DNA of 64,000 nucleotides from the NCBI GenBank assembly GCA_951406725.2, contig OX597822.1:108686001-108750000 (forward strand), given 5' to 3'. Made by a program: the position numbers and the translations under genes. Of the stretch, positions 29,093-43,544 are shown in pieces. Every line of letters begins with the position of its first letter. Positions within the stretch are counted from its first letter, which is position 1. The notes beneath the pieces were generated by a model. It ran no database searches and was not told the origin of the DNA. It saw only the letters and a list, made by a program, of their open reading frames with translations. This DNA is from Octopus vulgaris. Its lineage: Eukaryota.

Positions 29093-30567
29093 GTGATTTC
29101 TAACTGTGTGTGTATGTATATATTTCTTATATGTTATAGATTATGACTTTTTAACAGAGAAATTTCATCAGAATAATTCTATCAAATATCAGTAATGAAG
29201 TGGAAATTTCCTAAACCAAAGACAGGCATATCAACCTAGACGGGAATGGGCGAGAAGACAGCCTTAACGGTACAAATTGCTCTTTATCAGAACACAATTA
29301 GTTTTTAATTTGTTCCAAATTTTCAGTTCAGATACGTGTGTGCGTAACTAATGTGGGAAAATAAATAGCTTTATTTTGTTGATTTGAGTGTAATAAATTC
29401 CGGTATGATTTTGAATAAATTTAGAACTTATGACAGATAGAGTTAAAGTAGCATATTACGCCTGGAAAAAATTTCCGTAGAATGCAGGGTTTCGTCTTGG
29501 GGGAGGTGGAATCTTATGTTGTATTGCTATGTTAGGGTCACCACTATCGGATTTTGTAGAATTAAGGTCAATAGCTGTTGTAAGTGAAATAGTTTTATTA
29601 TTTGAGAGTAAATGAAGGTCACAGACGTTTGATTGGGAGAAGTTGCCATACATTAATATTTTACCTGATCAACTGTGACATGTTTAGTTTCTTTGGCATT
29701 GTCTCTTTATGCGTTAGAGAAAAATCCAATGTATGAATATTTATCGAGCTTCTGTGGACGAACGATTTTGTCAGAATTCACTTGATCGTTATATGGATAT
29801 CTAATATCATTTTATTTTAGGTTCACATATGTTAATGGAAGGATTATCTTTTCTCGGATATCTAAAGTTTTTAATTATCGGCTACGCCATCTACCAAAGG
29901 TATTAGAAAAATGTTTGTATAAATTTCCTATAGGCTTTGAAACCAAAGTATAAAGGCTCGAATTAGCTTCATTCTTTTAAATAAATAGCTTTGTATTAAT
30001 AGATGTTAAGAGAGCTGCGTGTTTGCGACTGCTATATAAATAGCGGAAATGTTTAGGCTTTGATTCCACATCGTGGAGATCTACTATAACGACTCAATAG
30101 AAGGAAAGCAGTAAAACTATAAAAAGACGGCGCTCTCAAAATTCCTCTGCGATAAATAAGATTAAAAATGGACATAATATAACGAAATGAAGGCAAAATA
30201 TTATTTATGGAGAAGAATATTGAGCAAGTGTTCACTCAGTTCAGTGCTATTATATTTTGTGAATGATAAGAGGTACAAGAAAGCAGTTTAGTATGTATAT
30301 AATAGCACGCTAAGAGAAAATGCAATATTTTATGAAACAAAACTTTTTAATTAGCCTGAGCTCGAAATACAGGGTTGTGAAAACATGTATGGAAGCGTTA
30401 ATGGAATTTATAGGAAGTGACAGATTAAGGTATAAACATTCATAAATGCATACATGCATCAATGTATTCAGTGTGGGCTTACATTGCACACACGTATGTA
30501 TATATGTGTGTGCCTGTATATATATATACATACATATTTATATATACATACATACATACGTACATAC

Positions 30568-30647
<80 letters not shown>

Positions 30648-30790
30648 GTGCTTTCACACTTACGCATATAAAAGGAAGGTAAGATTAACTCAAAAGTTCC
30701 ATAAGGCGAAATCACGTAAAGTGCTCTGGCCCGTGAGAGGATGTAAAACCGAATATATATAATTCAAAAGTGTCTTTCGTAATCCGGTAC

Positions 30791-30830
<40 letters not shown>

Positions 30831-32002
30831 CTACCAAATCAACTGCCTTCAATTATGCATGGAGAATTCACTTGTTGCGTGTACGATATACATATGCTTG
30901 AATCGTACAGAAATTAGCAGGGATTTAAATATTTATACGATGTCTCTGGATGATAAGTATATATCGTCTAATTTTCCCCTAGAAATTTGTGTCAGTTTAT
31001 GGGCAAATCAAAGTAGTGACATATCGAATTATAATCATTGAACTTTGTGTGTGCAAATGAATTAGTTTTTTTGTGTTTGTGTATAGTCTTAATTCACTAT
31101 AATTTTCTGATTATCTACTTTCCAGCAAGTTTAGAATTGCTTAAAATATATTGTCTATTTTAATGTACATTTGATGAAACCAATTTTCTTTATATCTAAG
31201 TGTTAGCACAATCTCTTTTGATATATTTAGCTTATTGCATTTGTGATATCATGCAATACAATGCTGCTTGTTTTATACGTTATTGATTGTATTCACACAT
31301 GCGCTAGCTTTCGTATATCACGTTTCTAGTTAATTTCATACATAGTTCTAGAGAAAAAAATAGGAACTATATTCACTCAAGTTATTTTAATCTATTTTGA
31401 GATGTATCTTACATTATCACATCTTCAATAGCTGTTTATGCACAAAACCGAAGTACGCTGATTGTGTTAAAAATAATCACTCATGATTTAACGTTGACAT
31501 ATAACGGCATATTTTCTGTAAAATGCATTCTTGTTTACTCATAGATATTTTATTTTAAATTTCACTTCGTAATGCACGCGACGACATATTGAATTTGAAT
31601 AAAGTAATAAATAAGAGATTTTGCTGTGATTACTTATTTCATTATGGGACATTTAATTGAATCAATACACAGACTTCTAAACTGGAAATAATCATAGTCA
31701 TTTATGAAATGGAAAATATATTTTTATGTATATTCTAATTTGATGTTTTTAGAATTAACGCTGTGAAAAATGTAACCTGATTTCCGATTAACTATGTATC
31801 ATTAAAAACAATGTAATAAAAGTCAAAGCATACGTCAGTTTGCACAAGTTCAAGGCCCTAAATCTCGGATTAATGCCTGTTCGTAAGGGACAAATTAGAA
31901 GAAAGAATGAATCTGCAATCTATATCTGTATTTATATCTATCTATATATGTACATATATGTACATATATAAATTCATACACACACACACATGTGTGTGCG
32001 TG

Positions 32003-32070
<68 letters not shown>

Positions 32071-32512
32071 AATACATATATGTATATATGATATATAAAA
32101 CACAAATAAGTCTATGTGTGTGAGCACATGATATATGCAAAATATCACACAGATACATATGAATACTTGCTATTGCATGCTGCATTAATTATTTTCTGTT
32201 TTAGTTTAATATTTTAGAAATCGAAATGTCACTGCAACAATTAGTTAAAAGACGAATATTCTTTCTAAAAGCATAAAGTTAAGCTACTGTTCAAATACAT
32301 CTATCATTCTTGCGTTTACTATTATATATCTAATTTTCACGGAAGTTCTAATTCTCAATGCATCCTCCTAAAAAGATGATTAGCAAACATTATATATTCA
32401 ACTCATTGCATAGAAAAAAGAAACATTCTTCAATTCACATTATGCAGTTTATAGATTATTACTATTCAAAGAAATCTATTGAGAATTGGAATGAAATGTC
32501 TTGTTCTATAGA

Positions 32513-32591
<79 letters not shown>

Positions 32592-33540
32592 TGGGTCTTT
32601 CTAAATGTCTGCATTGTAATACAGATTATGCCTTTCCAGCGATCCATATACACATTCATGCATCTATATATACGGTCGTATATACATACGGACATATATA
32701 TATATTTATGTTTGTTTTATGCTGAATTCTAAAAAAAAAAGACAATTTTACATTAAACTGAAGGAATACCCAATACGTTTTGTAGAGTACATACTTAATA
32801 TTCTTTAGCAAGCATAGTATTATCATTAATTTTAAAGTTACGGCTTACTAAATGATTCCTAACATTCAAACATAATATCTATAAAATCTTTCTAATATAA
32901 ATTTACACTCAGATATAAACATACACGTATGCCAAGAGGATGGAACGTTAACCAAGCCTAGAATTTTCTGTATTTTTCATTTTTTCTTACTTTTTGTCAG
33001 TCATTTGACTACGGCTATGGTTGAGTATCGTGTTTGTATAAATTTTACGAACATAGTTTTATGATTTCTCACATTTATAAATAGTCATAGACCCAAAATA
33101 ATATATTGTAAAACGCCTACGCCTATAATTGAATTGACAAAAATATTTATAAAAATTATGAGCCAAAAATACTACCGCCTGAAGTCACAAAAATTGAATC
33201 TTTTAAATAGTAATCAGATGAAGTATAGAAAAAAATCTGTGTTACCCAACTGACATTTAGAACTACTTTTATCCTTCTTGTTGATATTGAATCAAAATAA
33301 GCAAATTACTATAATTTCAAGGATGAAACAAATAACATGGCTGACACACATAAATCAACGCACAATCATTGTGTACCGTGCTCAAACAATAACCTCCACC
33401 TACCCAAATGAAATTGGTGAAACCCCTCAATAAGAACAGCAGCAGGGATATAAGTATACTGACGAACTAACCACCCCACCTAAATGCATTCCTTTGTGAA
33501 CCCTAAAAATATTCAAATTTATATATATATATATATATAT

Positions 33541-33860
33541 GAAGTCGCATGGCTCAATGGTTAGAGCGTAAAGCGTAAATCATAAGGTTGTAAGTTTGAT
33601 TCCAGGTCCGGGCCGGGCTATGTGTTGTTTTCTTGAGCAAGACACTTTATTTCACGTTACTCCAGTTAACTCAGCTGTAGAAATGAGTTGCGAAATCACT
33701 GGTGCCAAGCTGTATCGGCCTTTGCCTTTCCCTTGGATAACATCAGTGGTGGGGAGTGGGAAGTCTTGTATGCATGGGCGACTGCTAGTCTCCCACAAAC
33801 AATATTGCCCTGACTTGTTCCTCGGAGGGGGACTTTCTAGGTGCAATCCCATGGTCATTC
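33541..33860 (+). mobile_element. tRNA-derived SINE
   Basis: Head gtcgcatggctcaatggttagagcg...gtaagtttgattcc with A and B boxes, then ttcttgagcaagacactttatttcacg. Flanked by (TA)n. Confidence 0.85.
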
Positions 33861-34810
33861 ATATATATATATATATACAGAGAGAATCAAAGAAAGAATG
33901 AATGAAGTATAGTTTAATTGATAGATAGTGTTATTTTACTGTAGTTTTAAATTTCAGTATATCTCTGCAATAGTACAAAGTTCAGTAGAAAAGCATATAC
34001 TAAGTAATTATCTCTGAATCAATTTTACTCCTGATAAATATGTTTGTATAAAGCATATATGAAACATAACGCTTACTTCTGCATGTATTAAGTTTATGAA
34101 CAACACGTGACGATGATTAATTTATTCAATATCCACATATAAATGGGCCCTGATAATAATTTGCACAATGTATGTTAATATATTTTTACTCACGTAAATA
34201 AATGGAATTTACAGGTAAGTAGATGTAATGACTTCAATTGAGTTTAGTGTATTTAGTGGATTTTCATTTACTACTGAATTGCGTAAAAATAATACACAAC
34301 AATAATACACAAAATCGTTAAAAGATCTCAAATAACTGGGCGAACTAAACTTTTCATTTACTTATATTCTTTTGCGAACCCTTAAGTCATCCATGTCCTG
34401 AAAGATGACAAACCTAATTTCTTAGGTTCAAATACTAGACTGACCTGTGAAATATAACTTCAAAACAACCCTAATGACACACCTCTTGAGCTACTAACAT
34501 TCTCACGTATCTACATTCTTTTGTGAACCTTCAAGGCGCAATCACAGATGTGTCTATCTCCGCTAATATGCCCAAATAAACACAGCTGATTACAATGCTA
34601 TATAGGCACAGCTGAATTCTGAACAATAAAACATCTTCACGTTTCATCAACAAAATCCTCCAACACAACCTACAATATTATCATCGTAAAAAGTGCGCCT
34701 TCTACCACAGCAAACTTTAAATTAATTGCGACTATATAAGCCAATATGAACTCGAAGTATCACAGTCAATACTACTTTTATTAATTTCCGATACTATGAC
34801 ATTAGTAACC

Positions 34811-34853
<43 letters not shown>

Positions 34854-34856
34854 ATA

Positions 34857-34903
<47 letters not shown>

Positions 34904-35160
34904 TTTATTTAAAGCAGCTGAAAATAAAATTAGAAATAAAGAGTTATATTCCTGTTTGGATTCGCTGACATAGAAATTAATTCATTCCATTTAAACACTT
35001 CCTAAAAAAAATATTGTGTGAAAAACCAGTAAAGAAAAAAAAAAGATTCAGATGTGGCTGTCCATGTTGTTGTTGTGAAGCAGCTGCCAGAATATCAGGT
35101 GCCTTGTACAAGGTGGAGCCCTACTAAAAACCATCGGAAATATCGCCAGGTATACAACAG

Positions 35161-35395
<235 letters not shown>

Positions 35396-35511
35396 CAATT
35401 AAGGAACGGCCATAATGGCCATTCACCCACTAGAAATAACAGCCAAAGCTTCTACCGCAAATAAAGATCAATTCCGTAAACAGGAGAAAATTAAAAAACA
35501 TTTACCCTGTA

Positions 35512-35618
35512 ATTTCTTGTACGGTATACCGTTTCATCTGCTGTTTAATGGCAAACTAACCTGATTAAATTAAATCAAGCCAATCTTCCATAAGCCCTCA
35601 GATTCTTCAGCAAGAAAT
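35512..35618 (-). ncRNA. Type I hammerhead ribozyme, unit 1
   Basis: Reverse complement of 36908-37014. Confidence 0.9.
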
Positions 35619-35995
35619 AGCTCAAGTCGGAACAGATATTTACACGAGGCATACCCAATCCTGCCAAGGCAATATCTGACCTAAAATTTTCAAATCGTCG
35701 CACTCGCGCCAAATTTTTCGGCAGCAAATAAATCGTCGATTCCATTACGGAATTAACCAAAAAATTCATAATTAATCAATATAGGGTGGCAAGGAAAATT
35801 TTGTAGAATTTTTTGCCACCAGCGGCCCAGTGGGAAAAAATTAAATAGTCATAGACCATTTTTAAGTTCAACATTAACAATTAAGGAACGGCCATAATAG
35901 GCCATTCACCCACTAGAAATAACAGCCAAAGCTTCTACCGCAAATAAAGATCAATTCCGTAAACAGGAGAAAATTAAAAAAACATTTACCCTGTA

Positions 35996-36102
35996 ATTTC
36001 TTGTACGGTATACCGTTTCATCTGCTGTTTAATGGCAAACTAACCTGATTAAATTAAATCAAGCCAATCTTCCATAAGCCCTCAGATTCTTCAGCAAGAA
36101 AT
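35996..36102 (-). ncRNA. Type I hammerhead ribozyme, unit 2
   Basis: Reverse complement of 36908-37014. Confidence 0.9.
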
Positions 36103-36480
36103 AGCTCAAGTCGGAACAGATATTTACACGAGGCATACCCAATCCTGCCAAGGCAATATCTGACCTAAAATTTTCAAATCGTCGCACTCGCGCCAAATTT
36201 TTCGGCAGCAAATAAATCGTCGATTCCATTACGGAATTAACCAAAAAATTCATAATTAATCAATATAGGGTGGCAAGGAAAATTTTGTAGAATTTTTTTG
36301 CCACCAGCGGCCCAGTGGGAAAAAATTAAATAGTCATAGACCATTTTTAAGTTCAACATTAACAATTAAGGAACGGCCATAATAGGCCATTCACCCACTA
36401 GAAATAACAGCCAAAGCTTCTACCGCAAATAAAGATCAATTCCGTAAACAGGAGAAAATTAAAAAAACATTTACCCTGTA

Positions 36481-36587
36481 ATTTCTTGTACGGTATACCG
36501 TTTCATCTGCTGTTTAATGGCAAACTAACCTGATTAAATTAAATCAAGCCAATCTTCCATAAGCCCTCAGATTCTTCAGCAAGAAAT
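36481..36587 (-). ncRNA. Type I hammerhead ribozyme, unit 3
   Basis: Reverse complement of 36908-37014. Confidence 0.9.
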
Positions 36588-36907
36588 AGCTCAAGTCGGA
36601 ACAGATATTTACACGAGGCATACCCAATCCTGCCAAGGCAATATCTGACCTAAAATTTTCAAATCGTCGCACTCGCGCCAAATTTTTCGGCAGCAAATAA
36701 ATCGTCGATTCCATTACGGAATTAACCAAAAAATTCATAATTAATCAATATAGGGTGGCAAGGAAAATTTTGTAGAATTTTTTTGCCACCAGCGGCCCAG
36801 TGGGAAAAAATTAAATAGTCATAGACCATTTTTAAGTTCAACATTAACAATTAAGGAACGGGCAGGATTGGGTATGCCTCGTGTAAATATCTGTTCCGAC
36901 TTGAGCT

Positions 36908-37014
36908 ATTTCTTGCTGAAGAATCTGAGGGCTTATGGAAGATTGGCTTGATTTAATTTAATCAGGTTAGTTTGCCATTAAACAGCAGATGAAACGGTAT
37001 ACCGTACAAGAAAT
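36908..37014 (+). ncRNA. Type I hammerhead ribozyme, inverted copy 1
   Basis: Stem I atttcttg/caagaaat (8 bp); core CTGAAGA at 36916-36922; stem II atctg/cagat with an extended hairpin; GAAA at 36991-36994; stem III ACGG-TATA-CCGT; GUA cleavage site at 37004-37006. Confidence 0.92.
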
Positions 37015-37392
37015 TACAGGGTAAATGTTTTTTTAATTTTCTCCTGTTTACGGAATTGATCTTTATTTGCGGTAGAAGCTTTGGCTGTTATTTCTAGTGG
37101 GTGAATGGCCTATTATGGCCGTTCCTTAATTGTTAATGTCGAACTTAAAAATGGTCTATGACTATTTAATTTTTTCCCACTGGGCCGCTGGTGGCAAAAA
37201 AATTCTACAAAATTTTCCTTGCCACCCTATATTGATTAATTATGAATTTTTTGGTTAATTCCGTAATGGAATCGACGATTTATTTGCTGCCGAAAAATTT
37301 GGCGCGAGTGCGACGATTTGAAAATTTTAGGTCAGATATTGCCTTGGCAGGATTGGGTATGCCTCGTGTAAATATCTGTTCCGACTTGAGCT

Positions 37393-37498
37393 ATTTCTTG
37401 CTGAAGAATCTGAGGGCTTATGGAAGATTGGCTTGATTTAATTTAATCAGGTTAGTTTGCCATTAAACAGCAGATGAAACGGTATACGTACAAGAAAT
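37393..37498 (+). ncRNA. Type I hammerhead ribozyme, inverted copy 2 (1-nt deletion in stem III)
   Basis: As above, but ggtatacgta replaces ggtataccgta. Confidence 0.85.
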
Positions 37499-37720
37499 TA
37501 CAGGGTAAATGTTTTTTTAATTTTCTCCTGTTTACGGAATTGATCTTTATTTGCGGTAGAAGCTTTGGCTGTTATTTCTAGTGGGTGAATGGCCTATTAT
37601 GGCCGTTCCTTAATTGTTAATGTTGAACTTAAAAATGGTCTATGACTATTTAATTTTTTCCCACTGTGCTGGTGGCAAAAAATTCTACAAAATTTTCCTG
37701 CACCCTATATTGATTAATTA

Positions 37721-37782
<62 letters not shown>
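37721..37782. repeat. (TA)n microsatellite (right flank of the HHR array)
   Basis: Directly visible. Confidence 0.95.
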
Positions 37783-37784
<2 letters not shown>

Positions 37785-37820
37785 ATGTATGTATATATGT
37801 ATGTGAGTATATATGTATAG

Positions 37821-37913
37821 ACTTTTTTGCTGCTTTAAATAAAGCATATTACTCTACCACTGGTATTGAGTACTCTTTTTGTCCACCTTGTTTCACATTT
37901 ATGTGTTTACTCC

Positions 37914-37916
<3 letters not shown>
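37821..37916 (+). mobile_element. Short terminal fragment of a TA-associated repeat
   Basis: Island between TA tracts; shares a 16-bp inverted match with 34903-34918. Confidence 0.45.
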
Positions 37917-37948
<32 letters not shown>

Positions 37949-38501
37949 CAGAAAGGACGTTAAATGGGTATTGTAAATAGGAACTACACATAAGCTAGTG
38001 TCTGGTATCGAAGCACTATTTAAAGAAAAGTATTGAAAGAAAAGAAAACGTTATCGTTTCTTAGATTTTCTGAATGAAATATGTTATAATCAGGAGCTAA
38101 GATGAAGAAGAGGTGGGTAAAGGCTGAATAGGGCGACTATAATATCGAATGCGTAGCTAAGGCAAGTAAATCATAGGAGTGTTCAACAGAATTAATATAC
38201 ATAGAATCATCCCCAATTTTGAGCTGGAACATTGCCAACATATTAAATATATATAGTGTCTTTCAGAAGACAAATATGGGAACGTGTGTGAGTGTGGGAG
38301 TGTATGTGTCAGTACATCTCAGTATTTGCTTCTTTCTTTGTCTGTGTGTGTGAGAAAGTATAAAGGGATTGATTTGTATGTACATATGCATATACGAATG
38401 GATGGTACATCAATTTAGCAGTATTTTCCCAGTAGGTTTCCTGCAAAAGTTTAAATTACAAAGAATATGTATTTCTTATATAATATTATTTTATTCATTC
38501 A

Positions 38502-38911
38502 ATCTTTTATTCTATTTGTTTCAGTCATTTGATTGCGGTCATGCTGGAGCCCCGCATTTAGTCGAGCAAATCGACCCCGGGACTTTATAAGCCTAGTAAC
38601 TATTCTATCGGTCTCTCTTGCCGAACCGGTACGTGGCGGGGACGTAAACACAGCCGCATCGGTTGTCAAGCGATGTTGGGGGAACAACACAGACACACAA
38701 ACATATAAATACATACATACATACATACACACATGCATATATTTATATATACATATATATATATAAATATATATAAAATATATATATATATATATATACG
38801 ATGGGCTTTTTTTCAGTTTCCGTCTACCAAATCCACTCACATGGCTTTGGTCGGCCAGAGTCTATAGTAGAAGATACTAGGCCAATGTGGCATGCAGTGG
38901 GACTGAATCTG
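38502..38911 (-). mobile_element. tRNA-SINE (46001-type), head truncated
   Basis: Reverse complement of 46060-46400 with an internal TA/CA expansion. Confidence 0.9.
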
Positions 38912-39764
38912 AAGGAACTCTTTGGAAAGGGGTAACTGAAAATAATACAAGCACAACCGAGTTTAATTTGTAGCATTTGGTAAAAATATATGTTTAATTC
39001 TCATGAATTCGCATTGAGGCCGAATAATTTTGTTGTTATTTAATCGATTAAAGATAGGAAGAAATATTAACGACAAAAGTATGTAAACTTTAAAAATGGG
39101 AATAAATTGACCTAGTACCAGTGATATTCGTTGATTCCAAACAAAACTATTTTGCATTACATATATCGTGGATCATGGTGAAATGAATTGCTGAATACTT
39201 GTAAGTATCAGTTGTTATGTATCCGTTTAAACATGTATCACTATTAGAGGTTTTAGCAAAGTGATATTCAATCGACAAATATTAAGATTTCCAAAGACGT
39301 TTATGAAATTAATATTTTTTGTGTAATTTACAGCGCGCTTATATGATTATTGCCACTGACGTAGGTTAGAAAGGTGGCTTCATAATGATATTTTTCTACG
39401 TATTTCTAAACGAGAAAAAGCAGCTGCTGCGTTAAAGACGGAGAATGAATCTTAGACACGTGTGTTCAAGAGTCCTCTTGTTTGCAGACAATCGGTCTGT
39501 TTTCATGAATGTAAGAAAATGTTGGAGAATTCACGATTCGTCGGGAGACTGTTCATTCCTTATATATTATCTCAACTGTCCCCGGGCAAATGTTTTAACT
39601 TCTCAGGAATTGAACTAATTTCCATAAATCAATAACCTATACTGTATCGTTATTCATATTCAGGCGTCCGTCTTTGTTAAAAAAAACTGGCCTCTCATAA
39701 TCTAAGCTCCATCCTTTCCATAATTTTCGTATATATATACATACATACACACACACACACACAT

Positions 39765-39805
<41 letters not shown>

Positions 39806-39982
39806 CATATATATATATCATATATTTTGTATCATACACACACACTCACAAACACTCCACACACACATTCACCTACACGTGAGCGCACATACGTATATAT
39901 ACACAAATAAATGGATGTGTGCACGGTATTATATGAGAGTTTTGTTACTTAATATTCAAACAACTTTATATGCATTCATGTA

Positions 39983-40047
<65 letters not shown>

Positions 40048-40731
40048 ATGTACATATATATCTGTGTGTGTATGTGTGTGAGTGTCTATATATATATGTG
40101 TGTGTGTGTGTGTTGTGTGTATATATATGCGTAAATATATGTACATATATATGCATACATACTAAGTAGATATATACGTGTGCCTATATTTGGGTCGGAA
40201 GGGGTTGTACTCACGAAAATAAAGATATTTGTTTATGTAGTAACAAAACTGTCATATATCACAGTTTACATTCTAAGCTTTAGAAAATCGTGTTCTATTA
40301 TTTACCATACTGCACCAAAAAATATTATTGCCACTTAAAATAATATGAAATACGATGCAGCATCAATCATTTACGCCTATAGGCTAGATACAAATGTATA
40401 ATTCATGAAATATTTTTTGAAATATATTATTTTAATACATATAAATGGTCAGCAACGTTTTACGACTTATTAGACGCAACTTTTAAGTTGGACTGAAGAG
40501 AAGTAGAAATAAGAAGTGAAATTATTGAAAGAGACACCGCGTATTCTTAGATACCTAGTATACAGACGTACGGCAAAAATACAGCTATAAGGACAAACAC
40601 GAAGAGACACTCGAAACTGGGGCATATGACTTTAAATACATACCCAGATATATGTATGCATATACTTATAAAGGCAAGTAGATACATAAACACATACGAA
40701 CATGATATACATATATATATATATATGTATA

Positions 40732-40784
<53 letters not shown>

Positions 40785-40832
40785 AATGCATGTAAGTATA
40801 TAGGTATGTATGCATGTTTGTATATTTGTATG

Positions 40833-40887
<55 letters not shown>

Positions 40888-40938
40888 GTATTTCTAAATT
40901 GAATTTTTTTCCTTGTAAGTTTGAATTTTATTCCCTCA

Positions 40939-41000
<62 letters not shown>

Positions 41001-41098
41001 TAATAATGATAATAATAATAATAGTAGTAATAATAATAATAATAACGATAATAATAATAATAACAACAACAACAACAACAATAACAATAATAATAATG

Positions 41099-41165
<67 letters not shown>

Positions 41166-41172
41166 CAACAAC
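40939..41172. repeat. (AAT)n/(AAC)n microsatellite
   Basis: Directly visible. Confidence 0.95.
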
Positions 41173-41177
41173 ATATA

Positions 41178-41300
41178 TACAGCGTACTCACGCATATTGT
41201 TGGTTCGGCATTCCTGGACCCGCTATTCGTGAAACTAATAATATTTCGTAGAAACCACCACATATTCGCGAAATTATAAATATCGTGCGTGATATTTTAT
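41178..41300 (+). mobile_element. Possible Tc1/pogo-type DNA transposon end
   Basis: TA-cag start with repeated tattcgcg/attcgtg subterminal motifs; no partner end identified. Confidence 0.3.
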
Positions 41301-41626
41301 TGTATTTTTCTTGGCAATATATACTCTTTCATACTTGTCGCGGCTCAAGCTCCCTCTAATTAGAATAGCCGCTCGTTTGAATTTTTTTAGATTCAAATAC
41401 AGTTTATCTTGCATCTCATATTCTTGCTTTCCTGCTGTGCTAAGTAGAACGGTGACATCGATCTATATTTCATACAAGAACACTTTGTCTCCTTTTCTCG
41501 CCCAACAACACTAACCTCTCACTGTAATGAAAGTATAGCAAATGTTTGTTTTTACGTTTACGTTTCTCGCTGAGTTCTACGTCTATTTGTGGTCTCCTGT
41601 AATCACATATATATATTTATATATGC

Positions 41627-41689
<63 letters not shown>

Positions 41690-41807
41690 TGTAGATGTAG
41701 GTACGTACATATATGTATGTATCTATGTATATATTTTATTTATTAATTTATTGCATGACTGAGCGCCCTCGCGTCGTCTGGTTTCTTTTCTGTTCTTCAA
41801 GTAAGTT

Positions 41808-41875
<68 letters not shown>

Positions 41876-42008
41876 CCCACACACACGCACATATATATAT
41901 ATACGGTATTACTTGGGTTAGCGATGACAGATCAAAGATATATACAACACCAGGCTGATCGTTAAATTCAGAAGGTATAACGTGAAGGAAGAAGCAAGAA
42001 CCACATAG

Positions 42009-42380
42009 ATGCAGGAGTGGCTGTGTGGGTTCAGTCCCACTGCGTGGCATCTTGGGCAAGTGTCTTCTGCTATAGCTCCGGGCCGACCAATGCCTTGTGA
42101 GTGGATTTGGTAGACGGAAACTGAAAGAAGCCTGTCGTATATATGTATATATATATATATATGTGTATGTGTTTGTGTGTCTGTGTTTGTCCCCCTAGCA
42201 TTGCTTGACAACCGATGCTGGTGTGTTTACGTCCCTGTCACTTAGCGGTTCGGCAAAAGAGACCGATAGAATAAGTACTGGGCTTACAAAAATAAGTCCC
42301 GGGGTCGATTTGCTCGACTAAAGGCGGTGCTCCAGCATGGCCGCAGTCAAATAACTGAAACAAGTAAAAGAGTAAAAGAG
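42009..42380 (+). mobile_element. tRNA-SINE with internal deletion in the tRNA head
   Basis: Highly similar to 46001-46400 but lacks ~35 nt between gtgtgg and gttcagtccc; (GTAAAAGA)n tail. Confidence 0.92.
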
Positions 42381-42419
42381 GAAGACAAAGTGTGGTAATG
42401 TTGCTGTCTTCATGATTAA

Positions 42420-42700
42420 ACCAGGATTTCTGACGTCATATTCACATCCTCTCCTGAAGAAGCTGACGGAATATTCACGACGTCAATGACAGGGACATGA
42501 ACATAAAGTTCATAATAGAACATCCCGACATCACTGGATCACTATCACTACCTGAATTCAAACTGAATATGACCGAAGTAAAACAGATCCGCACCAAATT
42601 CTACAGGAAAGCAGCCAGTAGAGATATGATTGTCCGATACATTTCGGCACTTTCACTCGGTGCCAAAATAGGATACGACAGAAATGAACTTGCACTTATT
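42420..42700 (+). pseudogene. Penelope-like element RT (YxDD region plus thumb) relic
   Basis: RISDVIFTSSPEEADGIF (decayed RYVDD), then a frameshift to NIKFIIEHPDITGSLSLPEFKL...TKFYRKAASRDMIVRYISALSLGAK, matching the PLE IKFT.E....L.FLD...T..YRK.T....L.Y.S.HP pattern. Confidence 0.75.
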
Positions 42701-43544
42701 TATCTCTTCAGAGCTTTCAAATTCTATGTGAAAGGATGGCCCGATCGTAAAATTATTAATTCAAATGTCTATGTATATGAGCGATCGTGAGCGTCAAATT
42801 TTCACATACATAACCATAACATAGAAAAAAAAACAACAGAATTATAAGAGACAAAATAATTAAGTAAATAGTATCAACACCTATCGAAATATATTTCTAT
42901 ATATCTCAAATAATATTAATCCATATAAGTATATAAATTATGCATCATAGTCTAAAACTGTAATAAAACGTTTAAATAAATAGAAATGATAATACAGTGC
43001 TATATTAGTAATATATACTAACTCTTCTCTTTTATTTACTGATATAAAAAAATATTTAAAGCAACAGAAAAAAGTGTTCTTTATTTACTTAGTTTATCGG
43101 AGGGCGAATTCCGTAATAAATATGAAGAGAATATTAGAGCTACGATAACTACTAACTATATTACCTCATAAATATAGAGTTAAGCTATAATAATGTATAT
43201 CGAAGCATTACTATTTTTTCAGAAGTACAAAATAATGAAGTTACGTAAATAAGGGTTATTCACAGTCACAAACAAGTAAATGTCTATATATATACCTATA
43301 TTATATAAGGGAGGACTCAGTGAATAAAATAAAGTAACATATACGAAAACAAGGATTGAGAACCTATCCACGATAAGACCTAAACAATATTATATTTTAG
43401 ATAAAGGACTATAAATAGAATATATCCAAATATTATTGATTCTTTCAGAAATAACACAATTATATTGTTGAGATAAAAATAAAGTTATAAACTATATAAT
43501 ATACAAGAATTATTACTGTGGTTATTAAATTTAGTATGTTTAGT

